From positions 103,769 through 167,768 of the forward strand of contig JAMHVS010000061.1 of NCBI GenBank assembly GCA_035911315.1: 64,000 nt of DNA, written 5' to 3'. Below, piece by piece: positions 46,353-56,378 of this stretch (positions within the stretch are counted from its first letter, which is position 1; the number at the start of each line of letters is the position of its first letter). The notes under the pieces were generated by a model that was not told where the DNA came from, searched no databases, and saw only the letters and a list, made by a program, of their open reading frames with translations. This stretch comes from Xanthobacter sp. (GTDB lineage Bacteria > Pseudomonadota > Alphaproteobacteria > Rhizobiales > Xanthobacteraceae). Made by a program: the position numbers and the translations under genes.

Positions 46353-47072
46353 TCACTCGTTTCTGGCACCCATCCAGCGATACCCCACGCCGGGTTCGGT
46401 TTGAATTTCTGCCGGGCCTGTGGCTCCGTTTTCCAGCTTCTGGCGAAGTTGGCCGATGAAGACGCGCAGATAGGGCACATCATCCACATGGGCCGGCCCC
46501 CACACCTGCAAAAGCAGTTGGCGGTGGGTCATTACCCGCCCCGGATTCTGGGCGAGGGCGATGAGAAGCTCGAACTCTTTCGGCGTGAGCCGGATGGGAA
46601 GCCCGGCCCGTGTCACCTCATGTGCTGATCTGTCGATCAGAAGGCTGCCTGCACGGATGATATCGGAAGGCGGATTTGCCCGGCGTGGACGCAGGCATAC
46701 CCGCAGGCGGGCCAGCAATTCGCCAATGGCAAAAGGCTTGGCCACGAAATCATCCGCGCCGAGATCCAGCGCCATGATCTTTTCCATCTCCTGATCCTGC
46801 GCCGAGAGGACAATGACCGGCAAGGCGGAGGTCAGCCGCAGGCGCTCGATCACAGCTTTTCCGTTCATGTCCGGCAGACCAAGATCGAGGATCATCAGAT
46901 CCGGACGACGCGCCTCTGCCAGATGCAGGGCTTCTGCGCCGGTGGCCGCCAGACAGCATTCATAGCCTGCGGCCGAAAGGGCATGGCCGAGGAAGCGCTG
47001 GATCTGTGGTTCGTCATCCACGATCAGGATCAGCGGTTGCGGTATCGAGGAGGCAGAGGAGGGGGCGCTCAT
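46353..47072 (-). CDS. kdpE: OmpR-family response regulator, KdpE-like
   Basis: Receiver domain (ILIVDDEPQI, DLMILDLGLPDMNG, KPF) and a winged-helix output (LTPKEFELLIALAQNPGRVMTHRQLL, GVGYR). Sits directly downstream of the KdpD-like kinase. Confidence 0.8.
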   Translation of the reverse strand: MSAPSSASSIPQPLILIVDDEPQIQRFLGHALSAAGYECCLAATGAEALHLAEARRPDLMILDLGLPDMNGKAVIERLRLTSALPVIVLSAQDQEMEKIMALDLGADDFVAKPFAIGELLARLRVCLRPRRANPPSDIIRAGSLLIDRSAHEVTRAGLPIRLTPKEFELLIALAQNPGRVMTHRQLLLQVWGPAHVDDVPYLRVFIGQLRQKLENGATGPAEIQTEPGVGYRWMGARNE

Positions 47073-47090
47073 GAGAATATGCTCATAGCA

Positions 47091-48665
47091 TCACCCGCGC
47101 GGCATTGCGTCTGAGGGCACGGGCAGATGAAGGGCGATCTGTGCGCCATGCGGTTGCTGTGTTTGCGCACTGAGCCGCCCGCCAAGAGCGCGGACAATGC
47201 CCTTGCAGATGGGCAGGCCGAGGCCTGACAACTCCGGCCCTGCGGCCAGACGGTCCGAGTTCAGCCACATGCGAACATTCTCGGGCAGGCCCGGTCCGGT
47301 ATCTGAAACCGCGAAAACCAGTTCTCCGCCTTCTCGTCTGCCGGAAAGGGTGATGGGGCCGGGGGCGTATTTGGCGGCATTCTCCATGAGATTGAACAGC
47401 GCCTGCTCCAGCAATGCCGCCTCTCCCCGGATCATTGGCATTTCGGGCAAGTCACCCTGAATCCGTGCCTGCGGGAAAGCACGGGTCGCCCGCAGCATGG
47501 CGGCACGCGCGACATCGCCCGCATCCAGCCAGGACATCTGCGCGCCCAACCCGCTCTGGAGGCGGGTCATGTGCAGGAGGTTGGCAACATATCGGTTCAG
47601 ACGCTGGGCCTCTTCCTCAATTGCCATCAGAAGGTCGCTGCGTGCGGGTGCGGGCAGGCTGGGACCCAGTTCGCGCAGGGTTGTCACGGAGCCGAGGATG
47701 GTGGCGAGCGGTGTGCGAAGATCATGGGAGAGGGAGGAGAGCAGCGTGGCCTTCAGGCTCTCCGTCTCGGCCTTGCGACGCTCATCATTGGCGCTCGCGG
47801 CAAAGGCCAGCCGTTGCAACGCCAGTTCGCTCTGGCGCACGATGACGGTGATCGCCTGTTCGCGGTAATCGAGATCCATCTGTGGCGCGCCGATGCGCTC
47901 ATGCCCGATCACATAGTTTCCGGCACCCTCGGCCCGGATCGGGAAGAAGGTGAAGCGGGAGCCATCCCATCCTGGAGCCGTGGCGAATTCAACACCACCC
48001 CGCCGCAGGGCCTGCTGGGCGGCCTGAAGGTCATCGGCCCCGGGTACACGGTCCTCCGGGCGCGAGAGCAGTAGCTGTGCGCCATGACCGTCATCCTTCA
48101 GCACCATTCCGGGGCTGCGGGTCAGGCTTGTCATGTGGGTCAAAGCTGCATTCAGCACAGCCTCCGGAGTGGGAGCGGAGGCAATATCCCGGCTGACCTC
48201 TGAGATGGTCGCCAGCAGTGTGGCGCGCTCTTCCGCATCATCGCGCTGTCCGCGCAGCCGTCCGGCCAATAGTCCGATCAACCCCGCAACCAGCATGAAC
48301 ACCAGCAGCGTGACCAGACTTTCCGGCCGGGCGATATCGAAGCTGAAATGGGGCTCCACAAAAATGAAGTTGAAGAGCAGCACCGAAGCCGCCGCGCTGA
48401 TGACCCCGACCCAAAATCCATAGCGCACGGCGCTGACCAGAACCGCGAGCAGAAACAGCATAAGGCGTGCTGTCTCGCTCAAGGTGTGATGGGTGAGGAT
48501 CGCCGCACCCGCCGCCAACGCCAGCCAGAGGGCCGCCGACAAGAGGCCGCCAGCGCGAGGCGCGGTCATCCAGCCAAGACTGGCGGTGCGCAGCTGGGGT
48601 TCATCCATGGGGGGGTCGGCGTGTTTCATGGCCGGATTCCAGCGCGCGGCATCCACCTTGTCCAC
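47091..48665 (-). CDS. KdpD-like sensor histidine kinase lacking the N-terminal KdpD/Usp sensor module
   Basis: Starts with the DUF4118-type 4-TM block (LFLLAVLVSAVRYGFWVGVISAAASVLLFNFIFVEP), then a GAF-like region, an H-box (SLSHDLRTPLATI) and an HATPase (DTGPGLP, GLGLPICKGIV). Only 524 aa. The alternative ATG start is at 48629. Confidence 0.85.
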   Translation of the reverse strand: MDKVDAARWNPAMKHADPPMDEPQLRTASLGWMTAPRAGGLLSAALWLALAAGAAILTHHTLSETARLMLFLLAVLVSAVRYGFWVGVISAAASVLLFNFIFVEPHFSFDIARPESLVTLLVFMLVAGLIGLLAGRLRGQRDDAEERATLLATISEVSRDIASAPTPEAVLNAALTHMTSLTRSPGMVLKDDGHGAQLLLSRPEDRVPGADDLQAAQQALRRGGVEFATAPGWDGSRFTFFPIRAEGAGNYVIGHERIGAPQMDLDYREQAITVIVRQSELALQRLAFAASANDERRKAETESLKATLLSSLSHDLRTPLATILGSVTTLRELGPSLPAPARSDLLMAIEEEAQRLNRYVANLLHMTRLQSGLGAQMSWLDAGDVARAAMLRATRAFPQARIQGDLPEMPMIRGEAALLEQALFNLMENAAKYAPGPITLSGRREGGELVFAVSDTGPGLPENVRMWLNSDRLAAGPELSGLGLPICKGIVRALGGRLSAQTQQPHGAQIALHLPVPSDAMPRG

Positions 48666-48670
48666 CGTCT

Positions 48671-48687
48671 TTATGCAATCCTTATGC
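48671..48687. promoter_or_regulatory. Direct repeat TTATGC-N5-TTATGC (11-bp period) in the kdpD-like/kup divergent region
   Basis: TTATGC occurs at 48671-48676 and 48682-48687. A related TTATTC lies at 48714-48719. Tandem hexamers one helical turn apart are the usual OmpR-family site geometry. This is pattern only. Confidence 0.25.
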
Positions 48688-48772
48688 GGCCTCTCAAATC
48701 CCGCATCGCATCCTTATTCACGGTGCGTCAGCTTCTGCCCGGCCGGAAACCCGGCGTTAAGGATGAAGCGAG

Positions 48773-50683
48773 ATGACCGCTGTTCACACTTCCATGCACA
48801 CCGTGGCCCCGAGTGGTGATGCCTGGCATGGGGCAACCCTGCCGCTTTCACTGGCGGCGCTGGGTGTGGTGTTTGGCGATATTGGTACGTCGCCGCTCTA
48901 TGCCTTTCGCGAGGCGCTGCATGCGGCCGGTGCCGCTCATGGCGGGGTGACGCGGGAAGATATTCTGGGCCTGCTGTCCCTCATCGTCTGGGCATTGATG
49001 CTGATCGTGACGGTGAAATATGTCCTCATTCTGATGCGCGCGGACAATGAGGGGGAGGGCGGGCCGCTCTCCCTTCTGGCACTGGCGCAACGGGCCATGG
49101 GCCGGCCCAGCCTTGTTGTGCTGGGGCTGGGCCTGCTGGGAGCCGCACTCTTTTATGGCGATGCTGTCATCACCCCCGCAATTTCAGTGCTCTCAGCAGT
49201 GGAGGGTCTGAAGCTGGTGACGCCCGCTTTTGATCCTTACGTGCTGCCGATCGCGATTGCGATCATCGTACCGCTCTTTCTGGTGCAGCATCGTGGAACA
49301 GCGGCTGTCGCGCGCTTTTTCGGCCCCATCACTCTGGTCTGGTTCATTGTCATGGCGGCCGGTGGTGTGCACCAGCTTGTGCAGGCCCCGGAAGTTCTGG
49401 CGGCGCTGAACCCGTTTCATGCGATGATGTTTCTGGCCAGCAATGGCATGGTTGGCCTCATCGCGCTGGGGGCCGTGTTTCTGGCCGTTACCGGTGCGGA
49501 GGCGCTCTATGCTGATATGGGGCACTTCGGCCGCCGGCCGATCCAGCTCGCATGGCTGTTCGTGGCGCTTCCGTCACTGCTGCTCAACTATTTCGGGCAA
49601 GGCGCGCTGGTGCTGGTGAGCCCGGACAAGATCGACAACCCCTTCTTTCAGCTTTACCCGGAATGGGCCTTGCTACCGGTGGTTCTGCTGGCGACTGTCG
49701 CGACCGTGATCGCAAGTCAGGCTGTCATCACCGGTGCATTCTCGCTGACCCGTCAGGCCATGCAACTGCGCCTTCTGCCGCGCATGCATATCCGCCATAC
49801 CTCTGAACACCAGCAGGGGCAGATTTATCTGCCGGTGGTGAATGCATTGCTGATGGTTGGTGTGCTGGCTCTGGTGATCGCTTTTGGCAGTTCCTCGGAT
49901 CTTGCATCCGCCTATGGCATCAGTGTCACGGGCACGATGGTGGTGACGGCAACGCTGGCGATGATTGTGGCGCACCGCCACTGGGGCCTGCCCCTGTGGG
50001 TGGCTGTGGGCATGATGCTGCCCTTCCTTGCGATTGATATGGTGTTTCTGGGCGCGAACATGCTCAAGCTGATGGATGGGGGCTATCTCTCCCTCGCCAT
50101 TGCGGGCGTGGTGTTGCTCACCATGTGGAGCTGGCGGCGTGGCACCAATGTGGTGCTGGAGAAGGTGGCCAAGACCGAACTGCCGCTGGCGGATTTCGTC
50201 TCGAAGATTGAACGCAAGAAGCTCCCGATTCTGCCCGGTACGGCGGTCTATCTCACCGCGACACCGGATCTCGTGCCCGTCTCCCTGCTGCACAATCTCA
50301 ACCACTTCAAGGCGTTGCATGAACAGAATGTCATCCTCACCGTGGTGTCTGCTGATGTGCCGCGCGTGGCAGAGAAGAACCGGGTGCGGATGGAGCAGGT
50401 GACGCCGCGCCTGCGCCGGGTGTGGATGAGTTTCGGCTATGCCGAGGAGCCGGACGTGCCCAAGGCCTTGTTGCTGTGCCGCAAGATGGGGTGGCAGTTC
50501 GAAATCATGGCCACCTCCTTCATTCTGTCACGCCGGGTGATGCGGCTTTCAGTTCATAGTCGCATGCCGGTGTGGCAGAGCCGGTTCTTCATCTGCCTGT
50601 CCCGCAATTCGGCCAGTGCATCGGATTATTTCCGCATTCCGGCCGGGCGGGTGGTGGAGATCGGGGCGCAGGTTACGGTTTGA
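48773..50683 (+). CDS. kup: Potassium uptake transporter Kup (KUP/HAK/KT family)
   Basis: LGVVFGDIGTSPLY N-terminal signature, 12 TM segments, a cytoplasmic C-terminal domain, 636 aa. Confidence 0.95.
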   Translation: MTAVHTSMHTVAPSGDAWHGATLPLSLAALGVVFGDIGTSPLYAFREALHAAGAAHGGVTREDILGLLSLIVWALMLIVTVKYVLILMRADNEGEGGPLSLLALAQRAMGRPSLVVLGLGLLGAALFYGDAVITPAISVLSAVEGLKLVTPAFDPYVLPIAIAIIVPLFLVQHRGTAAVARFFGPITLVWFIVMAAGGVHQLVQAPEVLAALNPFHAMMFLASNGMVGLIALGAVFLAVTGAEALYADMGHFGRRPIQLAWLFVALPSLLLNYFGQGALVLVSPDKIDNPFFQLYPEWALLPVVLLATVATVIASQAVITGAFSLTRQAMQLRLLPRMHIRHTSEHQQGQIYLPVVNALLMVGVLALVIAFGSSSDLASAYGISVTGTMVVTATLAMIVAHRHWGLPLWVAVGMMLPFLAIDMVFLGANMLKLMDGGYLSLAIAGVVLLTMWSWRRGTNVVLEKVAKTELPLADFVSKIERKKLPILPGTAVYLTATPDLVPVSLLHNLNHFKALHEQNVILTVVSADVPRVAEKNRVRMEQVTPRLRRVWMSFGYAEEPDVPKALLLCRKMGWQFEIMATSFILSRRVMRLSVHSRMPVWQSRFFICLSRNSASASDYFRIPAGRVVEIGAQVTV

Positions 50684-50706
50684 GGCCTGTTGCATCATCG
50701 GGAATG

Positions 50707-50742
50707 AAAAAGGCCGGGCAGTGGAGAACTGCCCGGCCTTTT
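50707..50742. terminator. Bidirectional rho-independent terminator
   Basis: aaaaaggccgggcag-tggagaa-ctgcccggcctttt is a perfect GC-rich stem flanked by an A-run and a T-run. It can therefore terminate both kup (+) and the convergent ABC ATPase gene (-). Confidence 0.8.
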
Positions 50743-50809
50743 GGTTTCCTAAGAGCACTGACCTCAGACAGGATGCGTGTATGCGGTCCTGTTGGACGTG
50801 AAGACATTT

Positions 50810-51547
50810 TTAGTGCTGGAGGATCTTCTCCAGGAACTCCTTGGTTCGGGGCTGGCGGCCTTCCGGGTTTCCAAAGAACTCATCGCGTGCACAGTCCTCA
50901 AGGATCTTGCCGCCCACATCCATGAAAATGATGCGATTGCTGACCTTGCGGGCAAAGCCCATTTCATGGGTCACGACCATCATGGTCATGCCTTCCTTGG
51001 CCAGGCCGACCATCACATCCAGCACTTCGCCCACCATTTCAGGGTCAAGCGCGGAGGTGGGTTCGTCAAACAGCATGACGATGGGGTCCATCGACAGCGC
51101 CCGCGCAATGGCAACGCGCTGCTGCTGCCCGCCCGAAAGCTGGCCGGGGAACTTATCCTTGTGCGCGATCAGGCCAACGCGTTCGAGCATGGCGAGCCCG
51201 CGCTTCTTGGCATCCTCAGGCTTGCGGCCCAGAACCTTGATCTGTGCAATCGTCAGGTTCTGGGTCACGGAAAGGTGGGGGAACAGTTCGAAATGCTGGA
51301 AAACCATGCCCACCCTGCTGCGCAGCTTGGGCAGGTTGGTTGCGGGATCGTGCACGGCGACGCCGTCCACATAAATCTCGCCTTTCTGAAAAGGCTCCAG
51401 CGCATTGATGGTCTTGATGAGGGTGGACTTGCCTGAGCCGGAAGGCCCGCACACCACCACCACTTCACCCTTGGTGATCTTTGCGGAGCAGTCGGTCAGA
51501 ACTTGGTAGTCACCGTACCACTTCGAGACATTCTTCAGTTCTATCAC
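50810..51547 (-). CDS. gltL: Polar amino-acid ABC transporter ATP-binding protein (GltL-like)
   Basis: Walker [10 protein letters not shown], signature [14 protein letters not shown] and Walker [12 protein letters not shown]. Confidence 0.9.
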   Translation of the reverse strand: MIELKNVSKWYGDYQVLTDCSAKITKGEVVVVCGPSGSGKSTLIKTINALEPFQKGEIYVDGVAVHDPATNLPKLRSRVGMVFQHFELFPHLSVTQNLTIAQIKVLGRKPEDAKKRGLAMLERVGLIAHKDKFPGQLSGGQQQRVAIARALSMDPIVMLFDEPTSALDPEMVGEVLDVMVGLAKEGMTMMVVTHEMGFARKVSNRIIFMDVGGKILEDCARDEFFGNPEGRQPRTKEFLEKILQH

Positions 51548-51561
51548 AGTGTCTCTCCCCC

Positions 51562-52227
51562 TCAGCGGACGATGGCTATCTTTTTCTGCAGATGCTTCAC
51601 GAGGAAAGAGAGCACAAAGCAGATGAAGAAGTAGATGACAGCCGCCATCAGATAGGCTTCAACCGGCCGCCCATACATTTTCCCGGCCAGATCCAGCCCC
51701 TTGAACAGGTCATATGCGCCGATGGCATAGACCAGAGACGTATCCTGAAACAGGATGATGCTTTGTGTCAGCAGGATCGGCAGCATGTTCCGCAGGGCTT
51801 GCGGCAGCACTACAATCCGCATGTTCTGCGAATAGGTCATGCCCAGCGCCTGCCCGGCAAAAACCTGCCCGCGGGGAATGGACTGGATGCCCGCTCGCAT
51901 GATTTCCGAAAAATACGCCGCCTCAAATGCCGTGAAGGTGATGTAAGCCGAGAGTTCCGCCCCGATGGACTGCCCGATAATCATCGGAATAATCAGGAAG
52001 AACCACAGGATCACCATCACAAACGGGATGGAGCGCATCACATTGACATAGATCGTGGCAGGTGCCGCCAGCCACTTTTTTCCGGAAAGGCGCATGAGCG
52101 CCAGCAGAGTACCGAAGAAAATGCCGCCCAGAGTCGCGACCACGGCCAGCTGGATACTGAACAGAAGGCCACGCACGACATAGGACGAGAACATGTCCCA
52201 TGTATAAAAGCTGAGATCGAGGGTCAT
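51562..52227 (-). CDS. gltK: Polar amino-acid ABC transporter permease (GltK-like)
   Basis: His/Glu/Gln/Arg-type permease with the EAA loop ([21 protein letters not shown]). Confidence 0.9.
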   Translation of the reverse strand: MTLDLSFYTWDMFSSYVVRGLLFSIQLAVVATLGGIFFGTLLALMRLSGKKWLAAPATIYVNVMRSIPFVMVILWFFLIIPMIIGQSIGAELSAYITFTAFEAAYFSEIMRAGIQSIPRGQVFAGQALGMTYSQNMRIVVLPQALRNMLPILLTQSIILFQDTSLVYAIGAYDLFKGLDLAGKMYGRPVEAYLMAAVIYFFICFVLSFLVKHLQKKIAIVR

Positions 52228-52230
52228 GGT

Positions 52231-52953
52231 TCAGTGCCCTCCCGCGCTGCTGGCCGCGATGAAACCCGGCACGCTGGAGCGCTTTTCGATGAAGACCAGA
52301 ACCCGGTTGATGGCAAATGCCGTAATGGCATAGAGCAAAGTCACAATCAGGTAGATCTCGATGCCGCGCCCCGTTTCTTCCTGCGATTGCATTGCGAACA
52401 TGGTGAGATCACCAATCGACACAGCGAACGCAACAGATGAGTTCTTCACCAGGTTCATGGATTCAGAAGTCAGTGGCGGCAGCACAATGCGCAGCGCCAT
52501 GGGCAGGATGACATAACGATAGCTTTGCACCATCGTGAAGCCCATGGCCTTGGCCGCATTGGTCTGCCCACTTGGCAGGGACTGAATACCCGAACGGACC
52601 TGCTCTGCAATACGTGCCGATGTGAACAGGCCCAGAGCCGCAACCATCAGGTAGAAGGTCGGCGTACCTTTCAGCACAGGTATGAACTCCGGCAGCACCA
52701 TGTACCAAAGAAAGACCTGTACCAGCAGGGGGATATTGCGGAATACCTCAACCCAGACAGTTGCCAGCGGAGCCCAGAACCGGCTGTTCGGCAAGGTGCG
52801 CAATGTGCCGATGACGACGCCGAAAACCAGAGATACCACGAGAGAGCACAAGGCTATGGCAACGGTCCAACCCCAGGCTGAAAGCATCCAGTCGAGATAG
52901 GTCTCGCCGCCCCCGGTATCTTGAAATAAAAACTGCCAATCCAACGACATCAC
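52231..52953 (-). CDS. gltJ: Polar amino-acid ABC transporter permease (GltJ-like)
   Basis: Second permease, with the loop SARIAEQVRSGIQSLPSGQ. Confidence 0.9.
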   Translation of the reverse strand: MMSLDWQFLFQDTGGGETYLDWMLSAWGWTVAIALCSLVVSLVFGVVIGTLRTLPNSRFWAPLATVWVEVFRNIPLLVQVFLWYMVLPEFIPVLKGTPTFYLMVAALGLFTSARIAEQVRSGIQSLPSGQTNAAKAMGFTMVQSYRYVILPMALRIVLPPLTSESMNLVKNSSVAFAVSIGDLTMFAMQSQEETGRGIEIYLIVTLLYAITAFAINRVLVFIEKRSSVPGFIAASSAGGH

Positions 52954-53032
52954 GCACCTCCAGAATGCTTTTCGTCAGATCTGCCGCCGACGCTCTTTTG
53001 TGTCAGCCGGCGGCAGGTCATGCATCTGGCAG

Positions 53033-53926
53033 TCAGTTCCTGTAGGCTTCAGCAGGCTTGTCGTTCGGGTTGGCCCACGCATCCTTGGTGGACTGCGACA
53101 GCGGCATGTTGATCACGACGCCCGTGGGTGGGATCGGCTGCATGAACCACTTGTCGTAGATCTTCGCCATTTCGCCGGATTCGATCAGCGAGGCGAGGCT
53201 TTCGTCCACCACCTTCTTGAAGGCAGGATCCTTGGGCATCATGATCGCAATCGGCTCAACCGCAAGGACTTCACCGACAATCGCGTAATCCTTGGGGTTG
53301 CGGGACTTGGCAATATTGGCAGCGAGAATGGAGCCGTCCATGACGAAGGCATCAGCACGGCCTGTTTCCAGCAGCAGGAAGCTGTCCGCGTGGTCCTTGC
53401 CGAAAACTTCCTTGAAGTTCACGCCCTCTGCCTGACGATGCTTGCGCAGGGTCTGCACGGAAGTGGTGCCGGTTGTGGTGGCGATGGTCTTGTCCTTCAG
53501 GTCTGCGATGGACTTGATGCCGGAATCCGCCTTCACAGCAATGCGCACTTCTTCCACAAAGGTGGTGTTGGCAAAGGCGACATCACGGGCACGGGCCTCG
53601 TTATTGGTCGTGGAGCCACACTCCAGATCAACGGTGCCATTGGCCACAAGTGGCACGCGGTTCTGTGATGTTACAGGCTGATATTTGACATTCAGCTTGT
53701 CGAGGCCAAGCTTTTTCTGGATGTCATCAATGACATGTGCGCACACATCATAATGGAAGCCGGCATATTTGCCATTTCCCAGCGTATAGGACAGGCCCGA
53801 CGACTCACGCACGCCCTCGACAATGGTTCCGCTGGACTTGATCTTCGCCAGCACATCAACGCCCTGCGCCTGTGCGCCGCTGGCCAGCATGAGTGCGCTC
53901 ACAGCGATCAGAAGTTGTTTTTTCAT
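53033..53926 (-). CDS. gltI: Glutamate/aspartate-type ABC transporter substrate-binding protein (GltI-like)
   Basis: The Met at 53926 gives the signal peptide MKKQLLIAVSALMLASGAQA. Type II periplasmic-binding fold with ECGSTTNN and AFVMD motifs, as in E. coli GltI. Confidence 0.9.
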   Translation of the reverse strand: MKKQLLIAVSALMLASGAQAQGVDVLAKIKSSGTIVEGVRESSGLSYTLGNGKYAGFHYDVCAHVIDDIQKKLGLDKLNVKYQPVTSQNRVPLVANGTVDLECGSTTNNEARARDVAFANTTFVEEVRIAVKADSGIKSIADLKDKTIATTTGTTSVQTLRKHRQAEGVNFKEVFGKDHADSFLLLETGRADAFVMDGSILAANIAKSRNPKDYAIVGEVLAVEPIAIMMPKDPAFKKVVDESLASLIESGEMAKIYDKWFMQPIPPTGVVINMPLSQSTKDAWANPNDKPAEAYRN

Positions 53927-54163
53927 GGCTTCCCCTTGTCTGGTTCGTGGCCGCATGTCGCGTCTTGTCGAACGACGACAGCACATACTTCGGGTCGTTT
54001 TCTGCGGTTTTCCGCTGCAATCAACGCATACGAATGCCGCAGGTTCCAAATGCCGGTCTCAATCCATTTCGCATATCGCTCGAAATCCAGATCAAAACAC
54101 TCATTTCGTGAGTTTATGTGCCTGATTTTCAAATTCAACAGGAAACAAGAATTATGACAATGA

Positions 54164-54203
54164 CTTGCCCACACCGCGCTATGTTGCGGTGCACATGGGC
54201 AAG
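54164..54203 (-). terminator. Probable terminator hairpin after eutC
   Basis: cttgcccacaccgc-gctatgtt-gcggtg(caca)tgggcaag forms 14 bp with an internal bulge. It ends 1 nt from the eutC stop and is followed by a T-rich stretch on the minus strand. Confidence 0.5.
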
Positions 54204-54204
54204 C

Positions 54205-54984
54205 CTATTCCAATTCTTGGCCGGATAATTTTTGAGCCGCGGCAAGGGATGGCGCTTCATCTTTCAGCCCAATCCCGCTCAACCTGTGCGCGCGGGCCAT
54301 GCGTGAGAGCCAGCACAACTTTTGTGCCGCTTCGGTTGGGGATAAGCCGGCCGCATGAATGTTTGAAATGCAATTGCGCTCGGAATCCTTTCTGCCGATT
54401 CTTGGCTCATAGGTCAGATAGATGCTGAGGGAGTTCGCGACCGAAAGGCCGGGCCTCTCGCCAATCAGAACCGCAACCAGCGGCACACCCATATGCTGGC
54501 CAATCTCGTCCGCGATCGCCACCCGCGCCTGTCTTGCGCAGATGATGGGTGCGATCCGCCAGTCCGGCAATTGTTGCATGATGGCCGTGGCTGTCGGGGC
54601 CGACCATGACATGACCGCAGCCGAGGAAAGCCCATCCGCTATGACAAGCGCAAGATCCCACATGCCATGGGGCAGGCGTGCGGTGTCATCCTCTCGCAGC
54701 ATGCGCCCAAGATCCGGGCGACGCAGATATGTGCTTCGGTCCACTGCCTTGCTGTGAACCTCGATGATATCCGTCCCGGGCAGAGCGGCCCGAATGGCGG
54801 GCCAGTCGACTTCCCCATGCACGGCATCGCGCGCCAGAGCATGGGCGGCCTGAAATTCAATGAGCCTGGCGGTGGGCAGGCTGTCGCCAGCGCGCCCTAT
54901 GCCGATGCGGGCAGGTGTGAACCGGCGCAGCTCTGAAAACAGATCTCCCGGCGTGTCGTCCGCGTTCGCAAGACGGAGGGTCAT
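54205..54984 (-). CDS. eutC: Ethanolamine ammonia-lyase small (light) subunit
   Basis: 259 aa. TPARIGIGRAGDSLPT and VIADGLSS motifs. 4-nt overlap with eutB. Confidence 0.9.
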   Translation of the reverse strand: MTLRLANADDTPGDLFSELRRFTPARIGIGRAGDSLPTARLIEFQAAHALARDAVHGEVDWPAIRAALPGTDIIEVHSKAVDRSTYLRRPDLGRMLREDDTARLPHGMWDLALVIADGLSSAAVMSWSAPTATAIMQQLPDWRIAPIICARQARVAIADEIGQHMGVPLVAVLIGERPGLSVANSLSIYLTYEPRIGRKDSERNCISNIHAAGLSPTEAAQKLCWLSRMARAHRLSGIGLKDEAPSLAAAQKLSGQELE

Positions 54985-56378
54985 GCCGCGCTCCTGTTTG
55001 CGATGAGACGGCGCAGAGGCTCTCCGGTTTGGTCTTGCGGCAAAAGTTGCCCGTCCGGGTCAAGAATGCCGAAAGCCTTCATCCATGCCTCGAATTCCGG
55101 TGCCGGATGCCGGTTCTTCAGGCGGCGCACGGCTGCGATGTCGTGGAAGGACAGGCTCTGGTAAGAGAGCATGACATCATCCGCCCCCGGCACACCGATC
55201 AGGAAGTTCACCCCCGCATCTGCCAGCAGAAGCGCCAGTGTATCCATGTCATCCTGGTCAGCTTCTGCATGGTTTGTATAGCAAACGTCCACTCCCATCG
55301 GCAGGCCAAGCAGTTTGCCGCAGAAATGGTCTTCAAGTCCCGCGCGGATAATCTGCTTGCTGTCATAGAGATATTCGGGGCCAATGAAACCGACGACCGT
55401 ATTCACGAGCAGGGGCGGGAAGGCGCGGGCCACGGCATATGCGCGTGTTTCTACAGTCTGCTGGTCAAGCCCGTGATGTGCTTCCGCTGAAAGCGCGCTG
55501 CCCTGTCCTGTTTCGAAATACATCACATTCTGCCCCACGCTGCCGCGTTTCAGGGAGAGGGCGGCATCCTGCGCCTCACGCAGGGTGGAGAGTGAAATGC
55601 CAAAGCCACGATTGGCCTCTTGCGTGCCGGCAACGGACTGGAAGACAATATCAACCGGCGCACCAGCCTCAATCACCTTGATGCTGTTGGTGACATGGGT
55701 GAGCACGCAAGACTGGCAGGGCAGATCAAAGCGCTGGCGCAACACATCCAGCATCTCAACCAGAGCTGCACAGGCAGAAACACTGTCTGTAGCCGGATTG
55801 ATGCCAATGACCGCATCGCCCATGCCGAACTGCAGACCATCGAAAACCGCAGCCGCGACACCCATTGGGTCGTCGGTCGGGTGGTTGGGCTGAAGGCGGG
55901 ATGAAAGGCGCCCCGGCAGGCCCAGTGTGGTGCGGAATCCTGTCACCACCCGGCATTTGGCGGCGACCGTCACCAGATCCAGATTGCGCATGAGCTTGGA
56001 TACGGCAGCCACCATTTCAGGGGTTAGCCCCGGCACGAGGCGGGTCAGCTTTTCGGGGGTGGCAGAAGGCGAAAGCAACCAGTCGCGGAATGCGCCGACG
56101 GTCATGGACGCGACAGGCGCGAAAGCTGCGCGGTCATGACTGTCGCAGATCAGTCGCGTCACCTCATCGGTTTCATAGGGCACGAGTGGCTGATTCAAAA
56201 AGATGTCCAGCGGCAGGTCTGCCAGAACAAGCCGTGCCGCAACCCGCCTCAGGTCTGTGTCAGCAGATATACCAGCCAGTTCATCTCCCGACCGGCGGGG
56301 GGATGCGCATGCCATGACAGATCGCAGATCATGAAAGACATGCCGTTCTCCTCCGATCTGCGTGACATAAGGCGACAT
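54981..56378 (-). CDS. eutB: Ethanolamine ammonia-lyase large (heavy) subunit
   Basis: 465 aa. HVFHDLRSVMA N-terminus, GINPATD, YFETGQGSA and GVPGADDVML motifs typical of EutB. Confidence 0.95.
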   Translation of the reverse strand: MSPYVTQIGGERHVFHDLRSVMACASPRRSGDELAGISADTDLRRVAARLVLADLPLDIFLNQPLVPYETDEVTRLICDSHDRAAFAPVASMTVGAFRDWLLSPSATPEKLTRLVPGLTPEMVAAVSKLMRNLDLVTVAAKCRVVTGFRTTLGLPGRLSSRLQPNHPTDDPMGVAAAVFDGLQFGMGDAVIGINPATDSVSACAALVEMLDVLRQRFDLPCQSCVLTHVTNSIKVIEAGAPVDIVFQSVAGTQEANRGFGISLSTLREAQDAALSLKRGSVGQNVMYFETGQGSALSAEAHHGLDQQTVETRAYAVARAFPPLLVNTVVGFIGPEYLYDSKQIIRAGLEDHFCGKLLGLPMGVDVCYTNHAEADQDDMDTLALLLADAGVNFLIGVPGADDVMLSYQSLSFHDIAAVRRLKNRHPAPEFEAWMKAFGILDPDGQLLPQDQTGEPLRRLIANRSAA

